From NCBI RefSeq assembly GCF_002256985.1, contig NZ_NCGO01000007.1:80475-144474 (forward strand): a stretch of DNA of 64,000 bases, in the 5' to 3' direction. Positions 6,909-17,987 of this stretch are shown here, piece after piece. Position numbers and translations under genes: made by a program. Under the pieces are notes generated by a model. It had not been told where the DNA came from, made no database searches, and worked only from the letters and a program-made list of their open reading frames with translations. The number at the start of each line of letters is the position of its first letter. Position 1 is the stretch's first letter. This stretch comes from Novosphingobium sp. 28-62-57 (GTDB lineage Bacteria > Pseudomonadota > Alphaproteobacteria > Sphingomonadales > Sphingomonadaceae).

Positions 6909-7826
6909 TTAGAGCCAGCCTGCCTCACGATACCACGCAGCAGTGGCGTGCAGGCCCATCGGCGTTTCGACTTGCGGGGTCCACAGCGCGGGCGGCGGCT
7001 GCATCCCCTCGCCCACGCGCCAATCGGGGTGGCACATGTAGCCGACGCGGTCCATCGTCAGCTTGGCACCCTTTCCCCGGAACCGCGCATCGAGCCTTGC
7101 GCCAAGCCGCAGCATTCCGGCGGGCAGGTTGATCGGCGTTGCGCGCCGGCCCACGGCCATGCCGATGGCGCGGGCCAGATCGTTATGGCTCCAGCCGCCG
7201 GGCCTGCCGTCGTCGGGCTCGAATGTCAGGTGCGTGACCTCCTCACCGCCGGGGATCAGCGCGAGGAGCAGGCGGGCAAGGTCGTTGACGTGGATGATCG
7301 ACAGGTGCCCCTGCGGCGGCAGCGGCACCACCCCGCGCCGGGCGAGCTTGAACAGCTCGAACATCTCGGTATCGCGCGGGCCATAGACGGCGGGCGGGCG
7401 CACCACGGTCCAGTCCAGACTGCTGGCCTTGACGATCTTTTCGCCGCGCAGCTTGGACTGGCCATAGACCGACAGGTCCGGCTCGCGCGCCGAGAGCGAG
7501 GAGACGTGGACGAAGCGCGGCACGCCAGCATCAAGCGCGGCGTTGACCACGTTCAGCGTGCCCCAGACGTTGCCGTCTTCAAAGCCTTGAGGATCGGGCG
7601 CATTGACCACACCTGCGATGTGCAACACCACGCTGGCCCGCCCGACAAGGCGCTGAAGCGCGCGCTTGTCTTGCAGGTCGCCCTGCACCCATTCCACCCC
7701 GGCGCGCGCATCCTGCGGGCGGCGGGCCAGCGCGCGCACTTCGATCCCGGCGCGGGCGGCGTAATCGAGCACGGCCTGTCCAACGAAGCCGGTGGCCCCC
7801 GTAATCGCCAGCAATTCACCCGCCAT
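6909..7826 (-). CDS. NAD-dependent epimerase/dehydratase (extended SDR); candidate ceramide reductase
   Basis: ITGATGFVG Rossmann motif, VSSLSAREP, Y..SK catalytic motif; start overlaps the proB stop (TAATG). Confidence 0.85.
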   Translation of the reverse strand: MAGELLAITGATGFVGQAVLDYAARAGIEVRALARRPQDARAGVEWVQGDLQDKRALQRLVGRASVVLHIAGVVNAPDPQGFEDGNVWGTLNVVNAALDAGVPRFVHVSSLSAREPDLSVYGQSKLRGEKIVKASSLDWTVVRPPAVYGPRDTEMFELFKLARRGVVPLPPQGHLSIIHVNDLARLLLALIPGGEEVTHLTFEPDDGRPGGWSHNDLARAIGMAVGRRATPINLPAGMLRLGARLDARFRGKGAKLTMDRVGYMCHPDWRVGEGMQPPPALWTPQVETPMGLHATAAWYREAGWL

Positions 7827-8959
7827 TACAACAGCACCAGCTGGTCGCGATGAATCAGCGCAGAGCGCGGGGCATAGCCCAGCAGGGCTTCGTGTTCACG
7901 GCTGTGATGGCCTTTGAGGGCAAGGCATTCAGCCGCATCATATTCCGACAAGCCGCGCGCGATCGTCTGGCCATCAGGACCGATGACCGCGATGGCATCC
8001 CCGCGCTGAAAATCGCCGTCGACTGCCGTGATCCCGGCGGCGAGAAGGCTGGAGCCTTTGGCCAAGGCAGCGGCGGCTCCGGCATCGACCGACACGCTGC
8101 CGCGCATCCGCATCCGCCCGCCGAGCCACGCCTTGCGCGCCTGCTGCCGCCCGCGCGGCAGGAACAGCGTGCCCCGGTCCGCGCCGAAAGCCGCGCTGAT
8201 CGGAGACGTGGGCTGACCATCGATGATCGCCAGGGCCATGCCGGCCAGCTCGGCAATTTCAGCGGCTTGCAGCTTCGATGTCATCCCGCCAGAGCCGAGG
8301 CCTGAGGATGAGCCGCCAGTCGCCATCGCATGAATTTCGGGCGTCACGCCGCGCACCACCGGGATGCGCGTGGCCCCTTCTGCGCGCGGATCGCGGTCAT
8401 AGAGGCCGTCGATATCGGACAGCAGCAGCACGCCCGATGCGCCTGCGGCCTGCCCCACGCGCGCGGCCAGCCGGTCATTGTCGCCAAAACGGATTTCCTC
8501 GGTGGCCACCGAATCGTTTTCATTGATTACCGGAACCGCCCCTGCGGCCAGCAGCGTGCCCAGCGTGGCGGTAACGTTGAGGTAGCGGCGGCGGTCCTCA
8601 AGATCCTCCAGCGTCAGCAGAATCTGCGCAGCCGTAAGGCCGTGCGCGGCCAGCAGGTCTGCCCACAGGCCTGCCAGCGTAATCTGGCCGACCGAGGCCG
8701 CCGCCTGCGCATCGGACAGACTGCCGCGCCCGCCTTTGGCAAGGCCCAGCTTGCGCGCGCCCAGCGCGATGGCGCCGGAGGACACGACGATGACTTCCTG
8801 TCCGGCAGCACGCGCGGCGGCGATTTCGGCCACCAGCGCGGTCAGCCATTCGCGGCGCGGCGCGCCGTCCTTGCCCACGAGCAGCGCCGAGCCGACCTTC
8901 ACCACGAGGCGCGGGCAGGTGGCAGCGTCGGTCAGATGGGCAAGCTGGCTGATCTTCAT
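7826..8959 (-). CDS. proB: Glutamate 5-kinase with PUA domain
   Basis: VVKVGSALL, VSSGAIA, INENDSVAT.EI.FGDNDRLAA, GGM.SKL, C-terminal PUA. Start placed at ATG 8959 because the longer ORF runs into a REP element. Confidence 0.95.
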   Translation of the reverse strand: MKISQLAHLTDAATCPRLVVKVGSALLVGKDGAPRREWLTALVAEIAAARAAGQEVIVVSSGAIALGARKLGLAKGGRGSLSDAQAAASVGQITLAGLWADLLAAHGLTAAQILLTLEDLEDRRRYLNVTATLGTLLAAGAVPVINENDSVATEEIRFGDNDRLAARVGQAAGASGVLLLSDIDGLYDRDPRAEGATRIPVVRGVTPEIHAMATGGSSSGLGSGGMTSKLQAAEIAELAGMALAIIDGQPTSPISAAFGADRGTLFLPRGRQQARKAWLGGRMRMRGSVSVDAGAAAALAKGSSLLAAGITAVDGDFQRGDAIAVIGPDGQTIARGLSEYDAAECLALKGHHSREHEALLGYAPRSALIHRDQLVLL

Positions 8960-9043
8960 GGTGAGCCGCTTAAGCGATTTGTGACGAGGCGTGAAGGGTT
9001 GTCGGTCGGATGTCTGGTGCGCTTTGACCGGGGCGCGCGCCTT

Positions 9044-9074
9044 GCGTCCTTCGACAGGCTCAGGACGAGCGGAG
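9044..9074. repeat. Solo REP unit
   Basis: GCGTCCTTCGACAGGCTCAGGACGAGCGGAG with internal hairpin CGTCCT/AGGACG; related to the 5831 element. Confidence 0.7.
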
Positions 9075-9110
9075 TTTGGGGACACACGTTTGCAAAATAG
9101 CCCCCTGACG

Positions 9111-9182
9111 CGTCATTCCTGCGCAGTCGGGAATCCAGATTTAGACGTTGCGCGCTGGATTCCCGCCTGCGCGGGAATGACG
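9111..9182. repeat. CGTC-type REP inverted doublet
   Basis: CGTCATTCCTGCGCAGTCGGGAATCCAG ... CTGGATTCCCGCCTGCGCGGGAATGACG. Confidence 0.88.
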
Positions 9183-9208
9183 AATTAGGAGAGAGAACGG
9201 CACTAAAC

Positions 9209-10267
9209 TTAGATCGGCGACCAGGGCTTGGCGTCTTCGGCGTCCTCGATCTGTCCGGTCGGGCGTTCGGTTACGGTCGCACTGGGGAGGTAGGCAAGCA
9301 CGGCGTCCATCAACGCATCCATGCCCTTTCCGGTTGCGCCCGAGATCGGATAGACCTTGTGCGCTCCGGCCTGCTTCAGTTCCTTGGTGAATGCCTTGAC
9401 CAGTTCGGCATCGACCAGATCGATCTTGTTCAGCGCGATCAGGCGCGGCTTTTCATCCAGCCCTGATCCATAGTTCTCAAGCTCCGCCTCGACGATATGC
9501 ATCGCTTCGGCAGGGTCGGTTTCGCTGTGAATGTCGATCAGGTGGATCAGCACGCGGCAGCGTTCGATGTGACCAAGGAAGCGGTCGCCGATGCCTGCGC
9601 CCTCTGCCGCTCCCTCGATCAGGCCGGGAATATCAGCCAGCACGAATTCGCGGTTGCGATGGCGCACCACGCCCAGTTGCGGACGCAGCGTGGTGAAGGC
9701 GTATTCGCCCACCTTTGCCTTGGTGTTCGTCACCTGATTGATAAACGTGGATTTGCCCGCGTTCGGCAGGCCGACCAGCCCGGCATCGGCCAGCAGTTTC
9801 AGCCGCAGCCAGACGTACATTTCCTCGCCCGGCCAACCCGGGCCGTGCTGGCGCGGGGCGCGGTTGGTCGATGTCTTGTACGAAGCATTGCCACGCCCGC
9901 CATCGCCGCCCCGCAGCAGGACGACCCGCTGGCCAACTTCGGTGAGATCAAGCAGCACGGTCTCGCGATCATCATCGAGCACTTGCGTGCCGACCGGAAC
10001 CTTGATGACCAGGTCTTCGCCACCGGCACCGGTGCGGTTGGAACCCGCACCGCCATGCCCGCGCTGCGCTTTGAAATGCTGGGTATAGCGAAAGTCGATC
10101 AGCGTGTTCAGCCCGGCCACTGCCTCAAAGATGATGTCACCGCCCTTGCCGCCATTGCCGCCGTTGGGGCCGCCATACTCTTCATACTTTTCCCGGCGGA
10201 AGCTGACGGCTCCGACGCCGCCAGCGCCAGAGCGGATGAAAATCTTGGCCTGATCGAGAAAATGCAT
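9209..10267 (-). CDS. obgE: GTPase ObgE/CgtA
   Basis: MHFLDQAKI, Gly-rich Obg fold, GLPNAGKST, FTTL, DIPGLI, NKID. Confidence 0.97.
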   Translation of the reverse strand: MHFLDQAKIFIRSGAGGVGAVSFRREKYEEYGGPNGGNGGKGGDIIFEAVAGLNTLIDFRYTQHFKAQRGHGGAGSNRTGAGGEDLVIKVPVGTQVLDDDRETVLLDLTEVGQRVVLLRGGDGGRGNASYKTSTNRAPRQHGPGWPGEEMYVWLRLKLLADAGLVGLPNAGKSTFINQVTNTKAKVGEYAFTTLRPQLGVVRHRNREFVLADIPGLIEGAAEGAGIGDRFLGHIERCRVLIHLIDIHSETDPAEAMHIVEAELENYGSGLDEKPRLIALNKIDLVDAELVKAFTKELKQAGAHKVYPISGATGKGMDALMDAVLAYLPSATVTERPTGQIEDAEDAKPWSPI

Positions 10268-10414
10268 GCGGGTAACCGATTCCATGGCAGGCCCGAAGCA
10301 AATGCAACATCGCGCCCCGTAACCGAGCCTTTACCCGTTCATGGAGAGCTTGTAACGCCGAACCGCAAGGCGCCTGCCTGATCAGACGGTTCGGTGAAAT
10401 TTGCCGGAAACATA

Positions 10415-10490
<76 letters not shown>

Positions 10491-10643
10491 GTCCCCGGTA
10501 TCGCCCGCCAGTTCTGCCATGGAGCATTGCCGCCGGGACCGCCGCCCTTAGCGCAGCAGCCCCAGCCTGCAAAGACCCTTTGATGATTTATTCAGCGCAG
10601 GACCGGCGCAGCCTTGGCCCGGTTTGGCTTCAGACAGGCAGGA

Positions 10644-11360
10644 TCAGTTGGCCGCTCCACCCACAGCTTGCGCCGCCACCGGCAGCACAGCCGTGGTCAC
10701 TGGCTGCTCATACTGCGCTTTCCAGATCGCCAGATCATTGCGGTAGATTTCATAGCGACGATAGAAATCATCGAACACCACTTCGATGCTGGGCAGGCTG
10801 CGAATCGCAAAGGCCTCAAGCTCGGCAGATTTGATCGCCGCACCATCGCGCGCCACGGCCCCTACGGCATCGCAGAAATCGGTCAGCGTGGGTGGCAGCG
10901 CGAAGTGATTGTAGACTTGCGTCATATAGGATTCGCGCGGAACGATAAACTTTGCGCCATGCTTGGCCTTGAACTCTGCATCGACCTTCTTGTTGGCCGC
11001 GGTCAATGCCTTGGCATGCGTGGTCAGGAAGGTCTTGTAGAGCGGCAGAATCCCGACATGTTGCGGCTTTGAACAATTGAGCGCCGCCACATTATAGGCC
11101 GAGCGCAAGTTCCACACCATTTGCGCCGGGCTGATATTGCGGTTGAGCGAATAGCGCAGGCCATTGGCATCGGCTGGCGGAATACCAAGGTTTTCCGATG
11201 CTCCATTGGGCGCGCGCGGCTTTGGCGGAATGACCACAACCTTTGGTGGCGGCGGCGGGGGCGGTGGGGGCGGCGGAGGCGGCGGCGCGCACGAGGCAAG
11301 GCCGATTGCCAGCACCATCGTTGCCACAGCAGGCGCAATAACGCGCCGGTATTCAAACAT
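10644..11360 (-). CDS. Hypothetical lipoprotein with a 14-residue polyproline tract
   Basis: Signal peptide ending in lipobox LASC, then A and 14 Pro codons (11244-11285), then a helical domain of unknown function. Confidence 0.8.
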   Translation of the reverse strand: MFEYRRVIAPAVATMVLAIGLASCAPPPPPPPPPPPPPPKVVVIPPKPRAPNGASENLGIPPADANGLRYSLNRNISPAQMVWNLRSAYNVAALNCSKPQHVGILPLYKTFLTTHAKALTAANKKVDAEFKAKHGAKFIVPRESYMTQVYNHFALPPTLTDFCDAVGAVARDGAAIKSAELEAFAIRSLPSIEVVFDDFYRRYEIYRNDLAIWKAQYEQPVTTAVLPVAAQAVGGAAN

Positions 11361-11487
11361 TGGCATTCCCCCGGAAATCGGCTTTTTCGGCAATATCACA
11401 ACCAGCAAATACGCATAATTGCTGCAACCTTGCTGCAGCATGAAACGAACCCTAGCGCGCTAATGCCGTTATGAGAATCCCTTGCGC

Positions 11488-11522
11488 AAAGAAAACCCGG
11501 CGAACCGTTAGGTCCGCCGGGG
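11488..11522 (-). terminator. Rho-independent terminator of yccA
   Basis: Minus strand CCCGGCG...CGCCGGG stem followed by TTTTCTTT. Confidence 0.75.
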
Positions 11523-11552
11523 ATATCCGTTCAGCTTGCCCGCTTTGGCAGA

Positions 11553-12296
11553 TCAGCGGCGTTCGCCCATGAACTGCAGCAGGAACTGGAACATGTTGAT
11601 GAAATCGAGGTAGAGGCTGAGTGCGCCAAGCACGATCGCCTTGCCTGCGAATTCCGTTCCAGCCACGTAAGCGTACTGTTCCTTCAGGCGCTGCGTATCA
11701 TAGGCGGTGAGGCCTGCGAAAATCAGCACGCCCAGGAAGCTGATTGCCCAGCCAAGGCCCGACGACTTCAGGAAGATGTTCAGCAGCGAAGCGATCAGCA
11801 GGCCGAACACGCCCATGATCAGGAAGCTGCCCATGCCGGACAGGTCCTTCTTGGTGGTGTAGCCATAGAGGCTTAGGCCTGCAAAAGCGCCCGCCGTGGC
11901 GAAGAAGGTAGTGGCGATCGAAGCGCCGGTGTAGACGAGGAAGATCGTCGACATCGACAGGCCCATGGCCACGGCAAAGCCCCAGAACATGCCCTGCAGG
12001 GCCGTGGTCGAGAACTTGTTCTGCCCAAAGCTCATGAACATCACGAAGGCCAGCGGTGCCAGCATCACCAGCCACATCAGCGGCGTGCCAGCAATCGCCC
12101 GGGTCATGCCCGAGGATGCGGCCATCAGCGCGACAATGCCCGAGAGCATCACGCCCGAAGCCATGTAGTTATAAATCGATAGCATGTGACGACGCAGGCC
12201 CGCATCGAACACTTCGCTGCGGCCCTGGAGGCCGGAAAGGCCCGGAGACGCGCCGAATCCCGTCCCGGTGGGGCGAGGGTCGTTCCAGTTTGCCAT
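11553..12296 (-). CDS. Bax inhibitor-1/YccA family membrane protein
   Basis: DAGLR.HM..IYNYMA.G, seven TM segments, YGYTTKKDLS, TAYDTQRLK, ALSLYLDFINMF. Confidence 0.92.
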   Translation of the reverse strand: MANWNDPRPTGTGFGASPGLSGLQGRSEVFDAGLRRHMLSIYNYMASGVMLSGIVALMAASSGMTRAIAGTPLMWLVMLAPLAFVMFMSFGQNKFSTTALQGMFWGFAVAMGLSMSTIFLVYTGASIATTFFATAGAFAGLSLYGYTTKKDLSGMGSFLIMGVFGLLIASLLNIFLKSSGLGWAISFLGVLIFAGLTAYDTQRLKEQYAYVAGTEFAGKAIVLGALSLYLDFINMFQFLLQFMGERR

Positions 12297-12339
12297 TTTC
12301 AAAGCTCCGTTCTGTGGCCCCAATGACCACGTAAACGGA

Positions 12340-12368
12340 ATATCGGCGCTTTGGGTCCCGCTTTCAAG
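12340..12368 (-). promoter_or_regulatory. Candidate RpoH (sigma32) promoter
   Basis: Minus strand CTTGAA-N16-CCGATAT, 43 nt upstream of the yccA start; resembles the alphaproteobacterial RpoH consensus. Confidence 0.55.
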
Positions 12369-12431
12369 CGAAACCGGTACGAGAGGCGATCAATCATTTG
12401 TAACGAATTGTTGCAAATGTGCGAGAGTGGC

Positions 12432-13238
12432 TCAGGATTTGGCCCGCGCCTGCTCGGTCATTTCCACGCTGCGGTCGCGCGCGCCGCGCAAGGTATCGGT
12501 CATCAAGGCCACCAGACGCTGGTCCTGATCCAGCACATCGATGCCCACTTGCGTGACCCCGCCGGGGCTGGCGACACGGCGTGCGAGTTCGGCAGGGCCA
12601 TGGTCGGAGGCTGCGGCCAGCATCGCGGCCCCTTCCACCATCGACAGCGCCAACCGGTCAGCCTGATCGCGCGGCAGCCCCAGTGCCGCGGCCCCTTCGG
12701 CCAGGGCATCGATAAACCGGTAGACGAACGCCGGGCCGGACCCGGCAAGCGCGGTGACCAGATCCATCTGATCCTCCCCGCTCAACCATTCAGCCTGCCC
12801 CAGCGGGGCCATCAGCGCATCGGTCTGCGCCCGCGCAGCGGCATCAGCCTCGCCCACCAGCGCAATGGGCGATTTGCCGAGCGCAGCGGCCAGATTGGGC
12901 ATCACGCGCACGATTGCCTGCGCCTGCGGAAATGAGCCGCGCAAAGTAGCAAGATCAACGCCCGCCAGGATCGAGAGCAGCAGTGTTTGCGGGCCGACGC
13001 AAGGCCGCACCATGGCGGCGGCATCGGGCAATTGCTGCGGCTTGAAGCCCAGCAGGACGACATCAAATGCCCCTTCCCCATCCGGTGCCGCCTGCAACAG
13101 GCGCACGCCAGCAGGGGCTGTCGTGAGATAAGGATCGACGATGGTGAAGGTTTCAGCCGCCAACCCGCCTGCCAGCCAGCCCTTGAGCATGGCCCCACCC
13201 ATGTTGCCGCAGCCGAACTGGAGAATGGTCTTGGTCAT
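12432..13238 (-). CDS. proC: Pyrroline-5-carboxylate reductase
   Basis: GCGNMGGA, KPQ, VRVMPN, TALAGSGPAF, VASPGG.T. Confidence 0.93.
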   Translation of the reverse strand: MTKTILQFGCGNMGGAMLKGWLAGGLAAETFTIVDPYLTTAPAGVRLLQAAPDGEGAFDVVLLGFKPQQLPDAAAMVRPCVGPQTLLLSILAGVDLATLRGSFPQAQAIVRVMPNLAAALGKSPIALVGEADAAARAQTDALMAPLGQAEWLSGEDQMDLVTALAGSGPAFVYRFIDALAEGAAALGLPRDQADRLALSMVEGAAMLAAASDHGPAELARRVASPGGVTQVGIDVLDQDQRLVALMTDTLRGARDRSVEMTEQARAKS

Positions 13239-13314
13239 GGGCTGGTCCTTGAGTCGCGTGCCGACGCTCAATGGCAATACGCCACCCGCTCCGCAAGCTT
13301 CCCCGCGCCCTCTC

Positions 13315-13405
13315 ACCGCGCCCCCGCGCAGGCGGGGGCCTCAGGAGGTTTACGGAACGCTAGCGTGCTAAACCCTGAGGCCCCCGCCTTCGCGGGGGCG
13401 CGGTG
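13315..13405. repeat. REP-like inverted doublet (GGAGGTTTACGGAA-loop subfamily)
   Basis: CACCGCGCCCCCGCGCAGGCGGGGGCCTCAGG ... CCTGAGGCCCCCGCCTTCGCGGGGGCGCGGTG; loop sequence shared with the 42627 and 42783 copies. Confidence 0.88.
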
Positions 13406-13454
13406 CTTTAGCTTCGTGCTTTACGTTTGTGTTTTAGCTTTGCGTTTTAGCGTT
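13403..13454. repeat. 4 x 13-bp degenerate tandem repeat
   Basis: GTGCTTTAGCTTC / GTGCTTTACGTTT / GTGTTTTAGCTTT / GCGTTTTAGCGTT. Confidence 0.75.
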
Positions 13455-13465
13455 AGCTTTGGCCG

Positions 13466-13969
13466 TTACGCCTCGCCGGCAGCGTCGACCATCGCGCTGG
13501 AGAGCGCTTCGGACGGGCTCTTGTCGCCCCACAGCACGAACTGGAATGCGGGATAGAACCGGTCGCATTCGTCCACGGCCGCTTCAACCGCGGCTTGCGC
13601 CTGGCTGATGCTCAGCAGGCCATCATCGCCCAGCATCAGGCCGTGACGGTACAGCAGGACCGAGCCGTTCGACCAGATATCGAAGTGGCCGATCCACACC
13701 TGCTCGTTGATCAGCGCCATCAGCTCAAACACCGCTGGCTTCTTGTCATCGGGAATGCGGGTATCGGGCAGGCACAGGATCTGCAGCACGTGATCTTCGA
13801 CGCGCCAGATCGCGCGGAGCTGATAATTGGCCCACGAACCCTGAATTTCGCCGGTCACTTCATCGTCGGACACGAACTCGCACGGCCAGCCGCGGGCTTC
13901 AAAAAGCGAGGCAATCATGTCGACGGGCGCTGCGTCATCGCGCTCGTTGTCGTCATGGCCGGTCCGCAT
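13466..13969 (-). CDS. YbjN-domain protein
   Basis: PVDM...F.A.GW, EI.GSW..YQLR, INEQ.W.GHFD.W, DECDRFYPAFQFVLW; start ATG 13969 after GGGGAC. Confidence 0.85.
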   Translation of the reverse strand: MRTGHDDNERDDAAPVDMIASLFEARGWPCEFVSDDEVTGEIQGSWANYQLRAIWRVEDHVLQILCLPDTRIPDDKKPAVFELMALINEQVWIGHFDIWSNGSVLLYRHGLMLGDDGLLSISQAQAAVEAAVDECDRFYPAFQFVLWGDKSPSEALSSAMVDAAGEA

Positions 13970-14135
13970 CGTACGTCCCCTGAACACTTTGCTTGGGCCT
14001 CCTTGGCTGATTGGCTCGGCTGGTTGGCCCGGCAGGGCGAAATGCACTGCTTGCTGCTCTGATGCGTCAATGGCGGTTAACACCCCCCAGCGACAATCGC
14101 GGATTAACAGGCGGTTGGGCAAAACTCGATAAGCT

Positions 14136-14155
14136 TGTGGGAAAGCTGTGGACAA
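14136..14155. promoter_or_regulatory. Two tandem DnaA-box-like 9-mers
   Basis: TGTGGGAAA (14136-14144) and TGTGGACAA (14147-14155), same orientation, 11-bp period. Confidence 0.45.
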
Positions 14156-14197
14156 GGGGTGAACGCCGCAGTGCACAGGCAGCGCTGTGAAACCCGC

Positions 14198-16273
<2,076 letters not shown>

Positions 16274-16337
16274 CCTGCCGCGCTCAATACATCATTCCAG
16301 ATGAAGCGGGGGCAACATGTGCCGCCGCTCATCGCTA

Positions 16338-17792
16338 TTACTGGTTGTTCTGCCGCCCGAGGAAACGCGGAATGTTGAGCGAACCGCCATCATCCCCATC
16401 ATCATCCTCGCCCGCCTTGGTCCCGCGCGAAAGATTGGCCATCCGTTCGAACAGCGTGCTGCCCCCGGCAGGCTTGGCTGCTCCGGCATCGTCCGACCGG
16501 CTCAGCCGTGGCATGACAGGCTCTGCCGCAGGCGGCGTTGCCGGTTGGGCACCGCCGAGCAGCAGTTCACCAGCGGGCGCTTCCGGCACTTCTTCCTGCG
16601 CCGAGGTCAGATCGAGCGTCAGATCAAACGGCTCCGGCTCGGGCGCAGGAGGAGCGGGCGGTGGCGCGAACGCTGCCGGTGCAGGTTCAGGCTGAGCGGG
16701 CGGCGGGGTATAGACCGGCGCTGCAGGCGCAGCAGCAGCCGCTGCCGAAGCGGCCGTCGGCACAGCAGGCCCACGCGATGTGCCGGGGATCGACACCGGG
16801 CGCGAGGCGATTTCGGCCTGCTCGTTGCTCTGTTCGATACCGGTGGCCACAACCGACACGCGAATCTTGCCATCAAGATCGGGATTGAAGGCCGAGCCCC
16901 AGATGATGTTGGCGTTGGGATCGACCAGTTCGCGGATGTGATTGGCGGCCTCGTCAACCTCAAGCAGCTTCATATCGTCGCCGCCGATGATCGAGATGAT
17001 CACGCCCTTGGCCCCTGCCATCGACACGCCATCAAGCAGCGGATTGGCAATGGCACGTTCAGCGGCTTCGAGTGCGCGGTTCGGGCCTTCGCCTTCACCG
17101 GTGCCCATCATCGCCTTGCCCATTTCGCCCATGACCGAGCGGACATCGGCAAAGTCGAGGTTGATCAGGCCGGGCATGACCATCAGATCGGTGATCGAAC
17201 GCACGCCCTGCTGCAGCACTTCGTCGGCCAGCTGGAACGCTTCCTTGAAGGTGGTTTCCGCCTTGGCCACCAGGAAAAGGTTCTGGTTGGGAATGACGAT
17301 CAGCGTATCAACGTGCTTTTGCAGTTCCTCGATGCCCGAATCCGCCGCGCGCATGCGCCGGGTGCCTTCGAACAGGAACGGCTTGGTCACCACGCCGACG
17401 GTCAGCACGCCCTTGCGGCGGGCGGCTTCGGCGATGACCGGAGCAGCCCCAGTGCCGGTGCCGCCGCCCATGCCAGCGGCGATGAACACCATGTGCACGC
17501 CATCCAATGCCCGCTCAATCTCTTCAAGCGTTTCTTCGGCGGCGGCGCGGCCCACTTCGGGGCGGGCACCGGCGCCAAGGCCCTGCGTAATATCGGGGCC
17601 AAGCTGGATGCGGGTTTCGGCAATCGCATTATTGAGCGCCTGCGCATCGGTGTTGACGACGATGAAGTCGACCCCTTCGATCTGCGCGTTGATCATGTTG
17701 GCGATGGCATTGCCGCCTGCGCCACCAACCCCGATCACCGTGATGCGGGGCCGAAGCTCGTCGATGGCCGGCGGTCCGATGTTGATGCTCAT
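16338..17792 (-). CDS. ftsZ: Cell division protein FtsZ
   Basis: [16 protein letters not shown] tubulin signature, NLDFADV, C-terminal L.IPRFL.RQ. Confidence 0.98.
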   Translation of the reverse strand: MSINIGPPAIDELRPRITVIGVGGAGGNAIANMINAQIEGVDFIVVNTDAQALNNAIAETRIQLGPDITQGLGAGARPEVGRAAAEETLEEIERALDGVHMVFIAAGMGGGTGTGAAPVIAEAARRKGVLTVGVVTKPFLFEGTRRMRAADSGIEELQKHVDTLIVIPNQNLFLVAKAETTFKEAFQLADEVLQQGVRSITDLMVMPGLINLDFADVRSVMGEMGKAMMGTGEGEGPNRALEAAERAIANPLLDGVSMAGAKGVIISIIGGDDMKLLEVDEAANHIRELVDPNANIIWGSAFNPDLDGKIRVSVVATGIEQSNEQAEIASRPVSIPGTSRGPAVPTAASAAAAAAPAAPVYTPPPAQPEPAPAAFAPPPAPPAPEPEPFDLTLDLTSAQEEVPEAPAGELLLGGAQPATPPAAEPVMPRLSRSDDAGAAKPAGGSTLFERMANLSRGTKAGEDDDGDDGGSLNIPRFLGRQNNQ

Positions 17793-17914
17793 AGACGGTC
17801 TCCCAAGCGGGTCGCTGGATAGGCCACCGACAGTTTCCTGCCTTTGGCACGATTGGACAATATCACATTAACCTGTTGCACATGCAGGCTGATCGAATCA
17901 AAGGCGCACAAACC

Positions 17915-17923
17915 TTTTCCACA
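17915..17923 (+). promoter_or_regulatory. DnaA-box-like 9-mer upstream of ftsZ
   Basis: TTTTCCACA (1 mismatch to TTATCCACA) in the ftsA-ftsZ intergenic region. Confidence 0.5.
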
Positions 17924-17987
17924 GGTTGCAACACTATGACGGGCCAAGAGCCCGGGCAGTTTGGGCCGGAACGGTGCAAATCACACC

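Noticed and set aside
8960-9085. N-terminal extension of ProB in the ORF track (and similar extensions of recF, murC, ddl, cysK, ccmA, alkA, the M17 peptidase and tamA)
   Set aside because: Extensions run through REPs or neighbouring genes; downstream starts have RBSs or stop/start overlaps and give normal family lengths.
13970-14197. Possible oriC (DnaA boxes, TTAA motifs)
   Set aside because: Only two imperfect boxes in a 228-bp gap, no AT-rich unwinding element, and no hemE/dnaA/parAB context.
16317-17822. 501-aa plus-strand ORF
   Set aside because: Antisense shadow of ftsZ; long open antisense frames are expected with high-GC codon bias; no recognisable motifs.
17845-17860. TGGCAC sigma54-like -24 element upstream of ftsZ
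   Set aside because: No TTGC at -12, and it points away from ftsZ.
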